Part shown: piece by piece, positions 62,548 to 64,000 of the stretch
How the letters are laid out: each line of letters begins with the position of its first letter
Numbering within the stretch: the first letter of the stretch is position 1
DNA from: Octopus sinensis
Lineage: Eukaryota
DNA length: 64,000 bases
Direction: 5' to 3'
Assembly: GCF_006345805.1 (NCBI RefSeq)
Contig: NC_043000.1
Location: 35,774,001 to 35,838,000 of the forward strand
Translations under genes and position numbers: made by a program
The notes under the pieces: model-generated
Told to the model about the DNA's origin: nothing
Databases searched by the model: none
The model's input: the letters and a program-made list of their open reading frames with translations, nothing else

Positions 62548-63275
62548 CGGCTTTCGACCGATATTACCAAGCTCCTTTCTTTAGAAGACAACGAAAAAAC
62601 AAAAAGAAAAAAAAAAGAAAAAGAAAATGGTAACGGCGGCGAGTAATAACAGCAGACTTAGCTCTGTTGAATGTAAGATCGCTGTACATAGAACATAGAT
62701 TAAAAGATTATTATATCCTGTTAGCTTTTGACGTTGATGTTCTTATTCAATTTTAGTTTATTTATAAAGTTTACATTTTCACTGCAATGCAATCTCTTCC
62801 TGGCCGCCATCTTAGGTGTTCGTTTTCAATTTCTTTTCAAATTTTTGGTTTTTGCTTTAGTTTTGTTTTTTTTCAAAAAAAACAACAACAACAACAACAA
62901 CAATAACAACAACATCAACAACAACTCTGTCTATTTATCAATTTCAATGAAGCGATAATGTAAGGCAGCCATTTTCGTTCATCAATAAGCAGCAATTGTT
63001 TTCCTTAAGTTAAGTGAAAGAAAGGACCGATCATACACACACACACGCGCGCGCGCGCACACACACACACGCGCACACACATACACACACATATTATATA
63101 TATATATACAATATATATATAATATATATAATATATATATATATATATAATATAATATAATATATATATACATATATATATGTGTATGTACATATATATA
63201 TATATATATACATATATATATGCACACATATATAAACATATATACATACATACATGTACGTATATATATATATGT

Positions 63276-63353
<78 letters not shown>

Positions 63354-63788
63354 TATATACATATATATATATGCATGTACATAAATATATGTACATTAAT
63401 ATACACATATATTTATGCATATGCAGATCCTCATTTGTGCATAGTTTTACATTTACACACGCGCACAGGCACATACACACACACATATATGTATACATGA
63501 ATATGTATGCATGTACACATATATCTATGTGAGAATGTATAGGTGTACGAATGCGTAGGCACGCATAATTATATATCCATATATATTAAATTGTGGTCCG
63601 TGGGTGTATGTATGTATGCATGTATGTATGTATGTATATATATATGTATATATATATATATATATTATATATATATATAATATAATATATATATATATAT
63701 ATATATACGTATACAAGCACTCACGCACATACGTATATGTATATGTTATATATACAGATACATCGACTAAAATTTATGCATACATACA

Positions 63789-63831
<43 letters not shown>

Positions 63832-63832
63832 G

Positions 63833-63892
<60 letters not shown>

Positions 63893-64000
63893 ATCAGCCT
63901 GTTCTTTCATTTGACTTTAGCAAAACAACATAAAATATATATCATAAACTAAATCCTTAAACACACATGTTTACACACACACATACACACACACAGAGTC

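Overview
AT-rich, microsatellite-dense eukaryotic DNA. The repeat families and gene content fit a coleoid cephalopod, probably Octopus (inference from recognition, no search run). The one well-supported host gene is the 3' end of a GRIPAP1/GRASP-1 orthologue on the + strand (exons 2376-2469, 3709-3866, 16715-16870). A disabled signal-anchor exon lies on the - strand at 23491-23771. Most of the rest is transposon-derived: three tRNA-derived SINE families, fragments of RTE, CR1/L2 and Dong/R4 LINEs, a Gypsy integrase remnant, Tc1/mariner, hAT, piggyBac and Helitron/Helentron-type non-autonomous elements, and Penelope-like (PLE) derivatives. Top signal 1: at least seven sequence-unrelated small repeats carry minimal type I hammerhead ribozyme folds (one fully canonical at 3060-3151). 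They occur as tandem units, fold-backs or fused to a tRNA promoter, resembling a retrozyme-like repertoire. Top signal 2: a SINE forms head+(body)n concatemers with the same self-complementary junction at three loci, suggesting a circular or pseudo-circular RNA template. Nearly all ORF-track entries are microsatellite artefacts.
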